A DNA stretch of 64,000 bases from Lysobacter sp. (GCA_031359875.1 JANMAO010000187.1:19208-83207), one strand, 5' to 3'. Shown: positions 1-9,649, counted from the first letter of the stretch. The notes: generated from the letters alone by a model not told the origin. Made by a program: numbers and translations.

Positions 1-611
1 GTGTTCCTGTGCCGCTGGTGATCCCTTCCGTCGTCTCCGTGCCGCGGAACCGGTGTTTGCGTGCTCCCGCCACGGGTCAGCCTGCTTCTACGCCTCCCGC
101 TGCGCCGTGTACCGTGCTCATGGCCAGCGAGCTGCCCATTCGCCATCGGGCTATTCCCCTGTTTGAGCCTGCTTGCTGCGTCCTCGGCTCCAAGCCCACT
201 CACGCTCCTGGCGTTCCTGGCCTCTTCGCCGCCCGAAAAGGCGCGGCCGGCGGCTACGCCACCGTCCGAGCCCTGCTGCTGGCCACCGCCTGCTTATACC
301 TGCGTCGCTACGCTCCGCCCCATCCTCCCGTCCGCCACGCTTCTGGTTCTCCCCACCGCTTGTGCATGCGCCGCCCTGGTGGTTGCGCCAGGCACCCCTG
401 TTTGACGGCCCGGAAAGGAAAGAAGGTGTTGGGGTGGCTGGCGCCTCGCGGGCATTTTGGAAGACGCGGGTGGTTGGCAGGCGACGGAATGCACGCGCCG
501 GCGTTTCTGCGCCCGGTTTGCGGCGTTGCGTTGCACGCGGGAGTGGCGGCCGGCGGCGGCTGCGGTGCACGGATGGGTGCGCCGGCGGTAGATTCTCCAC
601 GGAAGCGTGGG

Positions 612-1517
612 TCAGTCGGGGTCGCTCGGAGGTGGGTCGGGGTCTTCCTCGTTCAGGAAGTCCTCCATTGTCTTGTCGGCGCGCGCATCGCGTGCTGGCT
701 GTACGAACTCATCGAAGGCGCGTTTGACGTGCACGTCGATCCATCCGGGGAGGCCTTCGGAGTGAGCGCGAATCTGCTCGAGCTTGTCTGGCTCACTGAG
801 CCCTGGTGACCGGCCTCCCAGGTCTAGATCGGCCGGCAGCCTGGCCAGCAGCTCTTTTTCGAGGGTGGCGACCCAGCGCCGCAGGGCGAAGCTGTTCCCC
901 ACGGGTTTCAGTGTTCGCTTTTCAAAAGCCGGCGCGAGGGCTGGTGTGGCCGCTATGAACTCGGCGAGCGCCTCGTTCCCCGACGCGATCAGGGTCACAT
1001 GGGGAAAGGTTGTCAGGTAGTGCAGGGCTTGTGCGTAGCCGCGCATCAACACGGGTGCCAAGTTGCGACCCAGATAGCATCTGCCTAGATCCTCGATCAG
1101 GAGGGTGCGAACACCCGCCTTGGCCAACTGGGCGGGAAGTTGCTCCATGAGGACGGCGATGTCGTATCGTTCCGGCATGGTTAGGGCGCTGCATGGCGGG
1201 TAGCCGCCAGCAGCTGCGAAGATCTCGTTCAGCAGATCCTCCGGCCCGAAGTAGCTATCTCCCCGGGCAATCAGCGTCCCGAGCTGCTCGTTCACGCGAC
1301 TGCGGTCCAGTAAGCCGATCTCTGGCTGATACGGCTTTGCTGGAGCGCTGGCCAGGGCGCTGATCATGGCGCTACCGCCGCAGCCGCACGGCCCAACGAC
1401 GGCGATGACGCGCTTGTTCGTTGTCGGTTGACTCACCATCTCCCAGAGCTCGCTGTACAGCTCTTGGCGCTCGGGAAACGGCGCCAGGTGCGCGAAAACA
1501 GCCGGCCAGCCGCTCAT
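612..1517 (-). CDS. TniB/TnsC-like AAA+ NTPase with degenerate Walker motifs
   Basis: VIAVVGPCGCGGS (Walker A lacking Lys), LLIEDLG (Walker B-like), C-terminal AFEKRTL..SEGLPGWI resembling the TniB family. Confidence 0.55.
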   Translation of the reverse strand: MSGWPAVFAHLAPFPERQELYSELWEMVSQPTTNKRVIAVVGPCGCGGSAMISALASAPAKPYQPEIGLLDRSRVNEQLGTLIARGDSYFGPEDLLNEIFAAAGGYPPCSALTMPERYDIAVLMEQLPAQLAKAGVRTLLIEDLGRCYLGRNLAPVLMRGYAQALHYLTTFPHVTLIASGNEALAEFIAATPALAPAFEKRTLKPVGNSFALRRWVATLEKELLARLPADLDLGGRSPGLSEPDKLEQIRAHSEGLPGWIDVHVKRAFDEFVQPARDARADKTMEDFLNEEDPDPPPSDPD

Positions 1518-1831
1518 GTAGGCGCTCCTGCTTCGCGAACCAGTGCGTTGATGGCGTCCATCAGCCGCTGATAGTCGACCGGCTCCCGCGGCTCGGGGTT
1601 GGCCGGCTGACTGTGCCGCGTCGCTTCGTCCTCCAGGCGTCGCCAGTGATAACGGTCATAGGCCAGATCTTCGACGGATTGACGTACCGCGGACCAGTCG
1701 TCGCCTTCGTCTTCCCAGACAAGGGAAGTGATGGCGTCGGCGATCTCTGGAATGGTTTGGTTGCTGGAGAACATCGGTGCGACCGGCGACGGCCCGCTAA
1801 GGTGCAGCGCGGTGAGTGATGCAATCAGCAC
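1514..1831 (-). CDS. Hypothetical protein (alternative ATG at 1774)
   Basis: Stop overlaps the start of the TniB-like gene (ATGA). Confidence 0.55.
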   Translation of the reverse strand: MLIASLTALHLSGPSPVAPMFSSNQTIPEIADAITSLVWEDEGDDWSAVRQSVEDLAYDRYHWRRLEDEATRHSQPANPEPREPVDYQRLMDAINALVREAGAPT

Positions 1832-1888
1832 GCCATTGGTGAATGCATACAGGCCGGTGGGCGCACTGGCGGCGGCCTTGACCTCAAT

Positions 1889-2203
1889 CTACGTGCGGGC
1901 CACGGCGACGCGGGTGATCGCCACCTGCCGGGCAAACCAGTTCAGGGCGTCGTCGCGCGACAACGAGGCGTACTGGTCCGGGAGCATGCCGCCGACCATG
2001 GTGTTGACGATCCAGATCAGCGGCGCGGTCTTGGCTGCCTCGTGCCGGAGCAGGTGGAAGTTGGGTTGGTGCTGGATGTGCGCGACGGCTTCCAGAGCGT
2101 GCGTGTGCTTGATCGCGATGCCTGTTGCGGCGAGGAATTCGCGCAACGCTTTGGCCTGGCGCTTCGCATCAGAAACGGCAGGCTCATCCCGACGAGTGGT
2201 CAT
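1889..2203 (-). CDS. Small protein with glyoxalase-superfamily N-terminal helical domain
   Basis: AKRQAKALREFLAATGIAIKHTHALEAVAH motif; GGAG RBS upstream. Confidence 0.6.
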   Translation of the reverse strand: MTTRRDEPAVSDAKRQAKALREFLAATGIAIKHTHALEAVAHIQHQPNFHLLRHEAAKTAPLIWIVNTMVGGMLPDQYASLSRDDALNWFARQVAITRVAVART

Positions 2204-2364
2204 GGATCGTTCTCCATCTGCGTCGAGCCTTCGGTGGCGCTTGCGTTACCACGCGGCTCGACGGATGGGATCCGGGCGGCGTCATTGCGAGAGTTCTTTG
2301 CCAAGCTCGCCGGTTGTGCGAATAGGTGTGGGCCGATGGGAGCCCGCGCTATGGAGTGATCATC

Positions 2365-2628
2365 ATGTCGATCAAAGTTTTCTCGTACCGCCTGCAGCGG
2401 TTGCGTCTGGCGTTCAGTGTGCCGGCTCAGCGCTGGGCTGATTGGCGTCGCGAGCGCAGGATCCGCAGGTTTTCGGCCCGGACGACGGCTTGTTTGAAGG
2501 CGAGTTGGCGCCAGCGGGATCTTGCGCGCTGGTACTGGGCGCAGACGGTTGCGGAGTGCAAGTCCCGCTCGCCTGGTCGCGTCGCCCGCATGGAGCGGGC
2601 GTTGATGGCCCGGTGTCTTCGTTCCTGA
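2365..2628 (+). CDS. Hypothetical basic protein
   Basis: ORF with GGAG RBS. Confidence 0.4.
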   Translation: MSIKVFSYRLQRLRLAFSVPAQRWADWRRERRIRRFSARTTACLKASWRQRDLARWYWAQTVAECKSRSPGRVARMERALMARCLRS

Positions 2629-2656
2629 TGGGTGTAGGCGTCGCCAGGTGTCGCTA

Positions 2657-2673
2657 TACTAGGAAACGCAACG
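2657..2673 (-). promoter_or_regulatory. 17-bp recurring box, copy 1 (CGTTGCGTTTCCTAGTA)
   Basis: Matches YGTTGCGY-N4-WWGTA; overlaps TATACT -10-like hexamer at 2655-2660. Confidence 0.65.
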
Positions 2674-2731
2674 CTGTCTGTTCATAGAGGTTTTCCAGAT
2701 GGCAGCAACGGTCACTATCCGAGGAGGTCAC

Positions 2732-2971
2732 ATGAGGAAGCAGCTTCGCACCATCTACACCGCACTCAACGCGCCGGCCAATCGCGCCACCATGCATTGG
2801 TACCTGTTGTGGCAGTTCGTCTGGAACCTTGTGCTTCTGGGTGTGATCTTCCTCGGTCCGCTGGACGTGACCGGCGTTCGGGTGCTGGTCGGCCTTTGCG
2901 CGCTTATGAGCTTGCGCTCCCTGGTGGAGTTCAGGCAGGGCTCGTTTTCCGACGTAGCTGATGCGGATTGA
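2732..2971 (+). CDS. Small two-TM membrane protein
   Basis: GAGGAGG RBS; two hydrophobic segments. Confidence 0.6.
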   Translation: MRKQLRTIYTALNAPANRATMHWYLLWQFVWNLVLLGVIFLGPLDVTGVRVLVGLCALMSLRSLVEFRQGSFSDVADAD

Positions 2972-3047
2972 TCCGGCGTGCTCCACAATGCTGGCCGCGG
3001 CGATGGGGCCTTGACTACTACCGACGGGGGAATCTGAGCATGCGGAT

Positions 3048-5762
3048 GTGGGGCTTTTTCGAGTGAGCGAACCTTCAGTGTTGTTCCTTGACGATTTGCT
3101 CGCAGATGGCGCTGCTCCGGCGGCCTCTGGTGGCATCGAGGGCTCGGGTGATCGCCACTTGCAGGCGGGCGAGTTTGCGTATGCGCTCGCGGCGTACACG
3201 CAGGGTGCTGCTGAGGGCCGGCGCACTGCAGAGAAGCTTGGGTACGTCGCCTTCAAGTTAGACCGGCCCGCGGAAGCGGCACGTGCGCTGGCCCCCTATC
3301 TCAGCGAGATCGGTGACGTTGCGGCTAAAGCGTTTACTGACGCGTTTTTTTCGCTCTGGATGACGGATGACGAGTCCGAGCGCGATGTCGCGCGGGAACT
3401 CGTCCCCGTTCTGGAGCTGGCTCTGCAGGCTGATGAGCCGCGCTGGCTTTGGTTCTACCTCATGATGAGCTGCCGGCATTTGTCCAAGGTGGTGCCGCAC
3501 GATCGTCGGCTGCGCTACGCGAGAAAGGCGGCCCGGCGGTGGGACATCGAGGAGACGCATGAGTGGGTTCATTCGTTGAACACGCTGGACTGCGACCAGG
3601 AGACGCGGGTTCGTTACCTTTGTGACCATCTCAAACCGGATTATTCCTCGCGCTACCACTGGCTGATGGCAGAAGCGTTCGAGGAACTTGGCTATCCTGC
3701 CTCCGCAGCGGGATCTCTTGCGCGTTGTATAGAGCTGCTGCCACGCGAGGAGCCGTTGCTTCCGCGGTTAGACACAGAAGAATTGTCGTTTGATCTTGCT
3801 TTGCTTGATTTGAAGCGCTTGTCGCTTCACCATGCCGCCGGTAACCTTGGCTGCGCGGCAGACATCGAGCGCATGCTCGAAGAAGGGAGCCTGCGTGGGC
3901 CTGTTATGGCCCGCGCTGTCAGCGTGTATCTGGGCATTGTCAGGGCCAGTGGTGACGATGCCCAGATACGACGTGCCGGCGAGCTGTGTCTTCGCGCAGG
4001 CGGTGGCTCGGGCGACATGCTGAGTGTTTTCTGGGAAGACTGGCTTGAACACGAAAGTGATTACGTCTGGTTCTGGATGCAGCGCGGTCGAGATGTGGTT
4101 ACGATCTTCGACGAAGATAGCGATCCTGATCTGATCCGTTGGCTCGCCTGCCATTCCGACACGCCGGCCTGGCGGGTACTGCTTGCCCTCACCGAATCGT
4201 GGGTGGCCCGAACCTCATGGCTCTCGGCCACGGTCACGGCGCAGGATCTGGTGACCGCTGAGGTTGCGGTGCGCGAGGCGATTCCGCTCGCCGGCGACGT
4301 GCCCACGCAGGGCGTGGTTCGTCACCTTGTCGGATCCCTGGTCTGGCTTCACGTCCATGGTTCGGGCACGGCTCAGACTGACTGGCGCGGCATGGGCCGC
4401 GACTGGATGGGTGCCTGCATGGCACTGCCGGTTGATCGTGAAGCGCCCCCCTGGTGGCGATCCCTTGACCTTGACACGTTCGGCTACGGGAAGGTCGCGC
4501 TCAAGGCCTTGTTCACCGGCATGGCGGATGCTCTGGATGCGTTGACACACAGCCAGGACGCGGATGCGTTGTTCGCCGACGAACTTCGGGACCATCTGCT
4601 TGATCCTGCGTTGCGGCCGTTGTTTCGCCGTCTGGCGTTACGCATCCACGCGGAGTATCGCACTGCCACCACCGAATTCGACGCAGGCCTGGGTGAGGAT
4701 TGGGCTGGCGCGCGCAAGGCGGCCAACGAGCATTATCTGGCCAGCCTTGAAAAAGGCACACCGTTTTTTTCGCCGATCTTCAATCTGCTGCTGAACTGCT
4801 CCAAGCCGGCCGATGCGGGCGTTCTGGCGAAGGTGACGCCCTTTGCAGAAGGCTACGCTGGCGATGAGGAGGAGATGGCGAAGATTGGTTTGGAGCTCGC
4901 GCGCGCCCGCATTGACTGTGCTGACCCGGGTGTCCTGGCAAGACAGATCATCACGCAGGAACTCCAGCGTTACGCACCATTGATAGACACGACGCCAGCA
5001 GCCGGCCGGGTGAGCCTGCGGGATCTGGTGGCGATGCTGGCGCTTCATCGCGCCGCCGGCGCGTCGGTGGGTGATCTGGTGCTGGAGCCCTTCGGCATTA
5101 CGGGTACGGTGTTTTCTCCTGTCTTGAACGGGGAGCGCGTGCTTTTCCGGCTGCTTGGCGCCGGCTGGGTCGGTGTCGATGGCCGGACTTCCCTGGAAGC
5201 CTTTGGCGTGGAAAAGGAGCGGGTGTCGGCGTACCGCTTTGCCAAGGTGCGTTGGCAGGTGGCTCCGGCCGCCGTGATGATGCTTCACAAGGCGATGGAT
5301 CGCGCCAAGCGCCGCCCGTGGCTCAAGGGGTGGCTCCAAGACTTGCTGCCGCTGGCCACTGAGCTTGCGATCGCCGAGTGTGAGACATACATCGACCACG
5401 CCGCGACCGAGCGCCGCTGGCCCACCGAGGTTGACCGTTCCTTGGTGAGATCGCTCTGCCGTGACCTGGTGGAGCAGGTCAGCGTTTCTGAGAGCTTCTA
5501 TCTGATTTACCTGGGCGCGATGGCGGCTTCGGATCAGCGCGCCCGTCTGCCGATCAACGACGCTCAGGCAAGCCACAACATGGTCATTGCCATCCGCCGC
5601 AAACTTGATCGCTACCTCGCCGAGCCGTGGCCGCTGAAGCGGTTCGACCGGCCCCACGCGCTCCCTCGTTCGGCGATGAGTCTGGCGTTGTTCGAGGATA
5701 TCCTGTGTCTTGGTGACGCCGGCTTTCACCAGCGCCTGGACACCATTGCTTTCCCGCGCTGA
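3048..5762 (+). CDS. Large hypothetical protein, possibly TPR-like/alpha-helical (start uncertain)
   Basis: 904-aa ORF with Ala/Leu-rich helical pattern and no recognisable catalytic motif. Confidence 0.75.
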   Translation: MGLFRVSEPSVLFLDDLLADGAAPAASGGIEGSGDRHLQAGEFAYALAAYTQGAAEGRRTAEKLGYVAFKLDRPAEAARALAPYLSEIGDVAAKAFTDAFFSLWMTDDESERDVARELVPVLELALQADEPRWLWFYLMMSCRHLSKVVPHDRRLRYARKAARRWDIEETHEWVHSLNTLDCDQETRVRYLCDHLKPDYSSRYHWLMAEAFEELGYPASAAGSLARCIELLPREEPLLPRLDTEELSFDLALLDLKRLSLHHAAGNLGCAADIERMLEEGSLRGPVMARAVSVYLGIVRASGDDAQIRRAGELCLRAGGGSGDMLSVFWEDWLEHESDYVWFWMQRGRDVVTIFDEDSDPDLIRWLACHSDTPAWRVLLALTESWVARTSWLSATVTAQDLVTAEVAVREAIPLAGDVPTQGVVRHLVGSLVWLHVHGSGTAQTDWRGMGRDWMGACMALPVDREAPPWWRSLDLDTFGYGKVALKALFTGMADALDALTHSQDADALFADELRDHLLDPALRPLFRRLALRIHAEYRTATTEFDAGLGEDWAGARKAANEHYLASLEKGTPFFSPIFNLLLNCSKPADAGVLAKVTPFAEGYAGDEEEMAKIGLELARARIDCADPGVLARQIITQELQRYAPLIDTTPAAGRVSLRDLVAMLALHRAAGASVGDLVLEPFGITGTVFSPVLNGERVLFRLLGAGWVGVDGRTSLEAFGVEKERVSAYRFAKVRWQVAPAAVMMLHKAMDRAKRRPWLKGWLQDLLPLATELAIAECETYIDHAATERRWPTEVDRSLVRSLCRDLVEQVSVSESFYLIYLGAMAASDQRARLPINDAQASHNMVIAIRRKLDRYLAEPWPLKRFDRPHALPRSAMSLALFEDILCLGDAGFHQRLDTIAFPR

Positions 5763-5830
5763 GAATTACGCGCCCACACGCGTCCGTCAGTTCAGAACTC
5801 ACGTTTCCAGATTCAACGGAGTGCCCGCTT

Positions 5831-6130
5831 ATGTATATGACCGACGCAAGACATTTTCTTGACGACAAGGGTGCGATCGGTCCGAAGGCTGGCCCTGGGC
5901 GCAGTTTGGCGGACTTTCTTGGAAGCATCATTGTCGCGGCGACCCTGCCAGTTTCAGCGGCCAAGCGCCCGCGGTGCTTTAAGTGCGCTGGTGCGGTCAA
6001 GGCCGTCGCGGGGGCGACGGGAGCCATTGAATGGCAGTGCTCGACCTGTGCAGAAGAGGGACGCATCACCAACTGGCAAAATACGTTGTGGGACATGACC
6101 ACACAAAGCGAGCCTCGCGCAAAGCACTGA
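5831..6130 (+). CDS. Small zinc-ribbon protein
   Basis: CFKC and CSTC pairs; IEWQC..C..EGRITNWQ. Confidence 0.6.
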   Translation: MYMTDARHFLDDKGAIGPKAGPGRSLADFLGSIIVAATLPVSAAKRPRCFKCAGAVKAVAGATGAIEWQCSTCAEEGRITNWQNTLWDMTTQSEPRAKH

Positions 6131-6204
6131 TTTCACGCTGCCGCCTGTGTATTCCGATCAACCCGCCACCATGCCGGCCTCAAAGGCGCCACCACGGGGT
6201 TGGC

Positions 6205-7071
6205 TCACGCCGACGATCCCCTAGCAATAATGTCCATCGGCTGCGCCAACGCGGTCCGCAGATCTCTGATCACGTCTACCAAGTTGGGCGCGTCCAGCCG
6301 ATTCTTGCGCAGGAAGGCCTGCCATTGGCGCTGCTTGCTGGCATCGGCCGCAAACGAGTCAGTCAAACCCACCGGCCAGCCAGTCGGCAAGTCGGTGCCG
6401 CGACGCAGGAACGTGGCCGTGATCGCTTGCGCCAGCTGGGGTGCCTCAAGCGTGCCTTCGTCCAGCAACAGCCACAGGTCGAAGTAGTCCTTAAGGCGGG
6501 TATTGGCCATGCCGAGTAGGCACAGTGCCTGCAGCTTCTCGGCGCACACCGTGTATTTCGGGTAGGCCCGCAGCTGCGGGGCCGGCTGGTCGTCCAGCAG
6601 CACCGGATAGGTCACCGCCACGGCGGCCGGCGTGACCACATCGCCAAAGCCCACATCAACCTGCAAGACCAGTTGGGCACCGTCCAGTGCGGCTTGTGCA
6701 TGAATCCGCACCCCGCCGTAGCCGGCCTGCTTGCGAATCACCTCGCCGCGGATGGTGCCGGTATCGAAATGCATGCCGTCGTCGCAGCCCACCGCGCAGA
6801 CCTCGCGGAAAACGGCGATCACCGAATCGACATCTTCGGCCCCAAAACCGAGCAGGTCGGCATCGCGGGTAGGTCGATGCGGCAGCTCGTGCCACAGCAG
6901 AAACAGCAGTGCCCCTTTGAGCAGGAAATTCGGCGCATGTGGCGATACCGACAGGCGGTACAGCAGGCGCTCCAGTCCGTAGCGCGTCAGCAGCAGGTTG
7001 TAATCCTCCTGCATAGCATCGGCCCGATTCTTCAACCGGGCACGCACCGAGGCGGCCACGTTGCGGCTCAT
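6205..7071 (-). CDS. abiEii: AbiEii/AbiGii-family nucleotidyltransferase toxin (type IV TA)
   Basis: AASVRARL, LERLLYRLS, FLLKGALL, RPTRDADL, VDVGFGD, AEKLQA, NTRLKDYFDL. Confidence 0.93.
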   Translation of the reverse strand: MSRNVAASVRARLKNRADAMQEDYNLLLTRYGLERLLYRLSVSPHAPNFLLKGALLFLLWHELPHRPTRDADLLGFGAEDVDSVIAVFREVCAVGCDDGMHFDTGTIRGEVIRKQAGYGGVRIHAQAALDGAQLVLQVDVGFGDVVTPAAVAVTYPVLLDDQPAPQLRAYPKYTVCAEKLQALCLLGMANTRLKDYFDLWLLLDEGTLEAPQLAQAITATFLRRGTDLPTGWPVGLTDSFAADASKQRQWQAFLRKNRLDAPNLVDVIRDLRTALAQPMDIIARGSSA

Positions 7072-7098
7072 GCGTGCCACCAACACCTGCCACCAGAC

Positions 7099-7713
7099 CT
7101 ACGCACCCAGTGCCTCCAGATACGGCCGCATCACGTTGTGCACACGGTCGATGGTGGCGTAATGCCATAGCTCGTCCATCGTGACCCGGCGCGCGCGCCA
7201 GGCCTCGCTCAGCGCTTCCAGCGCCACGTCCAAGCCGATCTTGTGGCGGAACTTGAAGCAGTCCGCCACCGTCTTGGCGAGGTTGAACACCGCTACGCTG
7301 ACACCATCCACCTCGACCTGCTCGATGCCCTCGCTCAACGCGGCGCCGGACATGCGCGACACTCGCAGCCCCGGCTTTTCAAGCCGTGGCGACGGCATGG
7401 ACTGCGGGATCGCCAGCCATACCTCGAACGGTGCCTGGGTGCCGATCCCGTGCAGGCGCAGCGCCGACAGCAGGCATATCACTCCTCGCGGCACACGGAT
7501 CGCCACCTCGGCCAGCGAGCGGTGCGCGCTGATCGATCGTTGTGGCAGGCTGTACAGCCCACGCGCCACCCTTTGCAGCTTGCCTGCCGCCACCAGCCGG
7601 CTCAGCGTTATCGTCGGCAGTCCATGCTCCGCAAGATCACGCGCGCGCAGAAGTGGCTGCCTCTGCGCCAGGGCAAGTATCTGCTGCTCGTGGTTGTGAG
7701 ATGGCTGGCCCAT
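7099..7713 (-). CDS. abiEi: AbiEi-family antitoxin / transcriptional regulator
   Basis: N-terminal wHTH (LSRLVAAGKLQRVARGLY), GVICLLSAL, AKTVADCFKFRHKIGLDVALEAL, MRPYLEAL. Confidence 0.93.
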   Translation of the reverse strand: MGQPSHNHEQQILALAQRQPLLRARDLAEHGLPTITLSRLVAAGKLQRVARGLYSLPQRSISAHRSLAEVAIRVPRGVICLLSALRLHGIGTQAPFEVWLAIPQSMPSPRLEKPGLRVSRMSGAALSEGIEQVEVDGVSVAVFNLAKTVADCFKFRHKIGLDVALEALSEAWRARRVTMDELWHYATIDRVHNVMRPYLEALGA

Positions 7714-7722
7714 CGCGACACT

Positions 7723-7772
7723 ATGTTGCATTAGTTATGCACATGTCAACGCTTATGATGCATTTGCAACAT
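7723..7772. promoter_or_regulatory. Inverted repeat upstream of abiEi (probable autoregulatory operator)
   Basis: ATGTTGCA (7723-7730) and TGCAACAT (7765-7772) in an AT-rich leader; AbiEi is known to autorepress via inverted repeats. Confidence 0.55.
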
Positions 7773-8008
7773 TGCAGGCGACCGGCCGGCGCCGGGACAG
7801 AAGCCCGAGTGCATCCACGGAGTGCGAAGTAGGGAAGGACGCTGCGTATTCCGATCAAACCTGCCACCGATTCCACTCTCAAACCGGCCACCCAAAATGT
7901 CCTCATGCCGGTCGGTGGCCTGGCGCACCGGCCGCTTTTGCCGTGTACAATCTGGATTGTGCAATCCAGACGCCGCCCAAACGGCCGCCGCAGACCCCGG
8001 AGACGCCG

Positions 8009-8926
8009 ATGGCTCGCGCGAAGACCACCACCATTTCGGCCACCGCTGAGCTGTACCCCGACCTACAGGAGGCGATGAACTTCTTCAATCGGTGCCTGTT
8101 CGCCGACACGTTGCCACCGTGCATGCTCACCCTGCAACGGGAGCGTGCGACGCTGGGGTACTTCTCGCCGCGCCGCTACGCGCGATTCGACGGGCAGATC
8201 ACCCACGAGATCGCGATGGGGCCGCAATACTTCGCATCGCGCACGGTGAAAGAGACCCTGAGCACGCTGGTGCACGAGCTCACGCACCTGCAGCAGGAGG
8301 CGTATGGCACGCCGAGCCGCCCCGGCTACCACAACAAAGAGTGGTCGGCTTTCATGCGCGCGGTGGGACTGATGCCGTCCGACACCGGTCTCCCAGGCGG
8401 CAAGCAGGTGGGTGATCGAATGAGCCACTACATCATCCAGGGTGGGCCGTTCGATCGTGCCGCGGATGAGCTTCTCGCGCGCGGCTTCCAGCTGCGGTGG
8501 GTGGATCGCTACCCGGCGGAAATCCCGCTCGGGGCGCTGGAGCCGGGTGAGCCGGTTCCGCCGTCACGCATCAACGGCGACGGGGAGGACGTCGAGCTGC
8601 CAGCTACCTCGACGCTGACCTATTCGGTCGACGGTGGGCTCGAGGTCGAGGTCGTTTCGCGCCTCCCGCCGGCCGCGTTCGTCGCCCCCGAGCCGCGGCC
8701 GCTGCGTCTCCCGGAGCCGAGTTTCGCTGGCGCCGCGCCCGTGATCGAATGGCCATCGGATCGTCTCCGACCGAAGGCCACGCGCACGAAGTACCAGTGC
8801 CCTGGCTGCGGTACGCAGGTGTGGGGCAAGCCGAACATCGAGCTCAAGCACATGCCGTGCGATCGCTATATGACCCCCGAGGAGGAGCCGCGGCATCCGC
8901 GCCGGCGGCTGGGTGGTAGTGGTTGA
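8009..8926 (+). CDS. SprT-like (Mpr-type) zinc metalloprotease with C-terminal zinc ribbon
   Basis: STLVHELTH (HExxH), RPGYHNKEW, GDRMSHYII, KYQCPGC..VWGKP. Confidence 0.88.
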   Translation: MARAKTTTISATAELYPDLQEAMNFFNRCLFADTLPPCMLTLQRERATLGYFSPRRYARFDGQITHEIAMGPQYFASRTVKETLSTLVHELTHLQQEAYGTPSRPGYHNKEWSAFMRAVGLMPSDTGLPGGKQVGDRMSHYIIQGGPFDRAADELLARGFQLRWVDRYPAEIPLGALEPGEPVPPSRINGDGEDVELPATSTLTYSVDGGLEVEVVSRLPPAAFVAPEPRPLRLPEPSFAGAAPVIEWPSDRLRPKATRTKYQCPGCGTQVWGKPNIELKHMPCDRYMTPEEEPRHPRRRLGGSG

Positions 8927-9045
8927 GGCGCCGGAAAGGGGAGGGTCATCCCTTAACCCTCAACGACGACGAAGCACGGACGTTTCGCCCTCCATCCCGA
9001 ATGCGTCTCAGCCAAATCCGCTGCACGTCAGCAGCTGAACCAGCT

Positions 9046-9447
9046 CTACTGACGTATGAGGTGGCTGGCATCAAGGCGTTCGGCCAGCAGCTTCTGCGCG
9101 AGGGATCGCTCGCGGCTGCGCCCCGTGCGCACGGCATCCAGCAGCGCCAGCAGTTCGTGTAGCGCCGGATCAGCCAGTGCGGATTGCGGCGCGGTGCGAT
9201 AGATAGGCGACAGGGCCGGCCCGCGGGCCGAGCCTTGCGGGTGCGCCCACACTGGCGCCTCGCCCGGCTGGCTGTTGATCAACGACGCCAGCGGCGCAGC
9301 GCAGAACGAAGTTGGCACGCTGCGCTTGACCGTGCCCAAGTCAGCGGGAAACGCATAGCGGGCTCCGTGCACCGCAAAGTCGATCAGCGCTGGACGCAAC
9401 GGCGACCAGTCGCCGCGCCCGCGCGACACCGCCAGGCCCGCAGTGAG
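9046..9447 (-). pseudogene. 5'-truncated MarR-like regulator / TA-associated protein
   Basis: C-terminal part only (ALIDFAVHGARYAFPA..VPTS..PVWAHPQG..LSPIY..LHELLALLDAVRTGRSRER). The N-terminal HTH is missing and the CRISPR repeats occupy its place. Confidence 0.65.
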
Positions 9448-9456
9448 AAACAATGA

Positions 9457-9605
9457 CTGTTCCCCGCGCATGCGGGGGTGAGGCCCGTGTTACTGCGTCT
9501 AGCCACGGTGCTGCGGACGGTTCCCCGCGTCGCGGGGGTGAGCCATCAATAGGTCAGGCGCTGTAAAGGGTCTGCCGATTTCCTCGCGTGCGCGGGGCGC
9601 CAATT
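9457..9605 (+). CRISPR. Orphan degenerate CRISPR mini-array, 3 repeats / 2 spacers (type I-E / IV-A-like repeat)
   Basis: R1 9457-9485 CTGTTCCCCGCGCATGCGGGGGTGAGGCC; 32-nt spacer; R2 9518-9545 CGGTTCCCCGCGTCGCGGGGGTGAGCCA; 31-nt spacer; R3 from 9577 GATTTCCTCGCGTGCGCGGGG. Period 61/59 bp with CCCCGC/GCGGGG stem. Confidence 0.8.
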
Positions 9606-9649
9606 TAGTCCTTGCTGACAGGCATCCAAACACAGCTTTGTGTTTTATG

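Noticed and set aside
5980-5988. TAAGTGCGC, resembling a MOBQ nic site
   Set aside because: Inside a CDS (encodes FKCA), lacks the following CCCT and the upstream inverted repeat.
6205-7713. AbiEi/AbiEii pair as a novel system
   Set aside because: Canonical, well-described type IV TA module.
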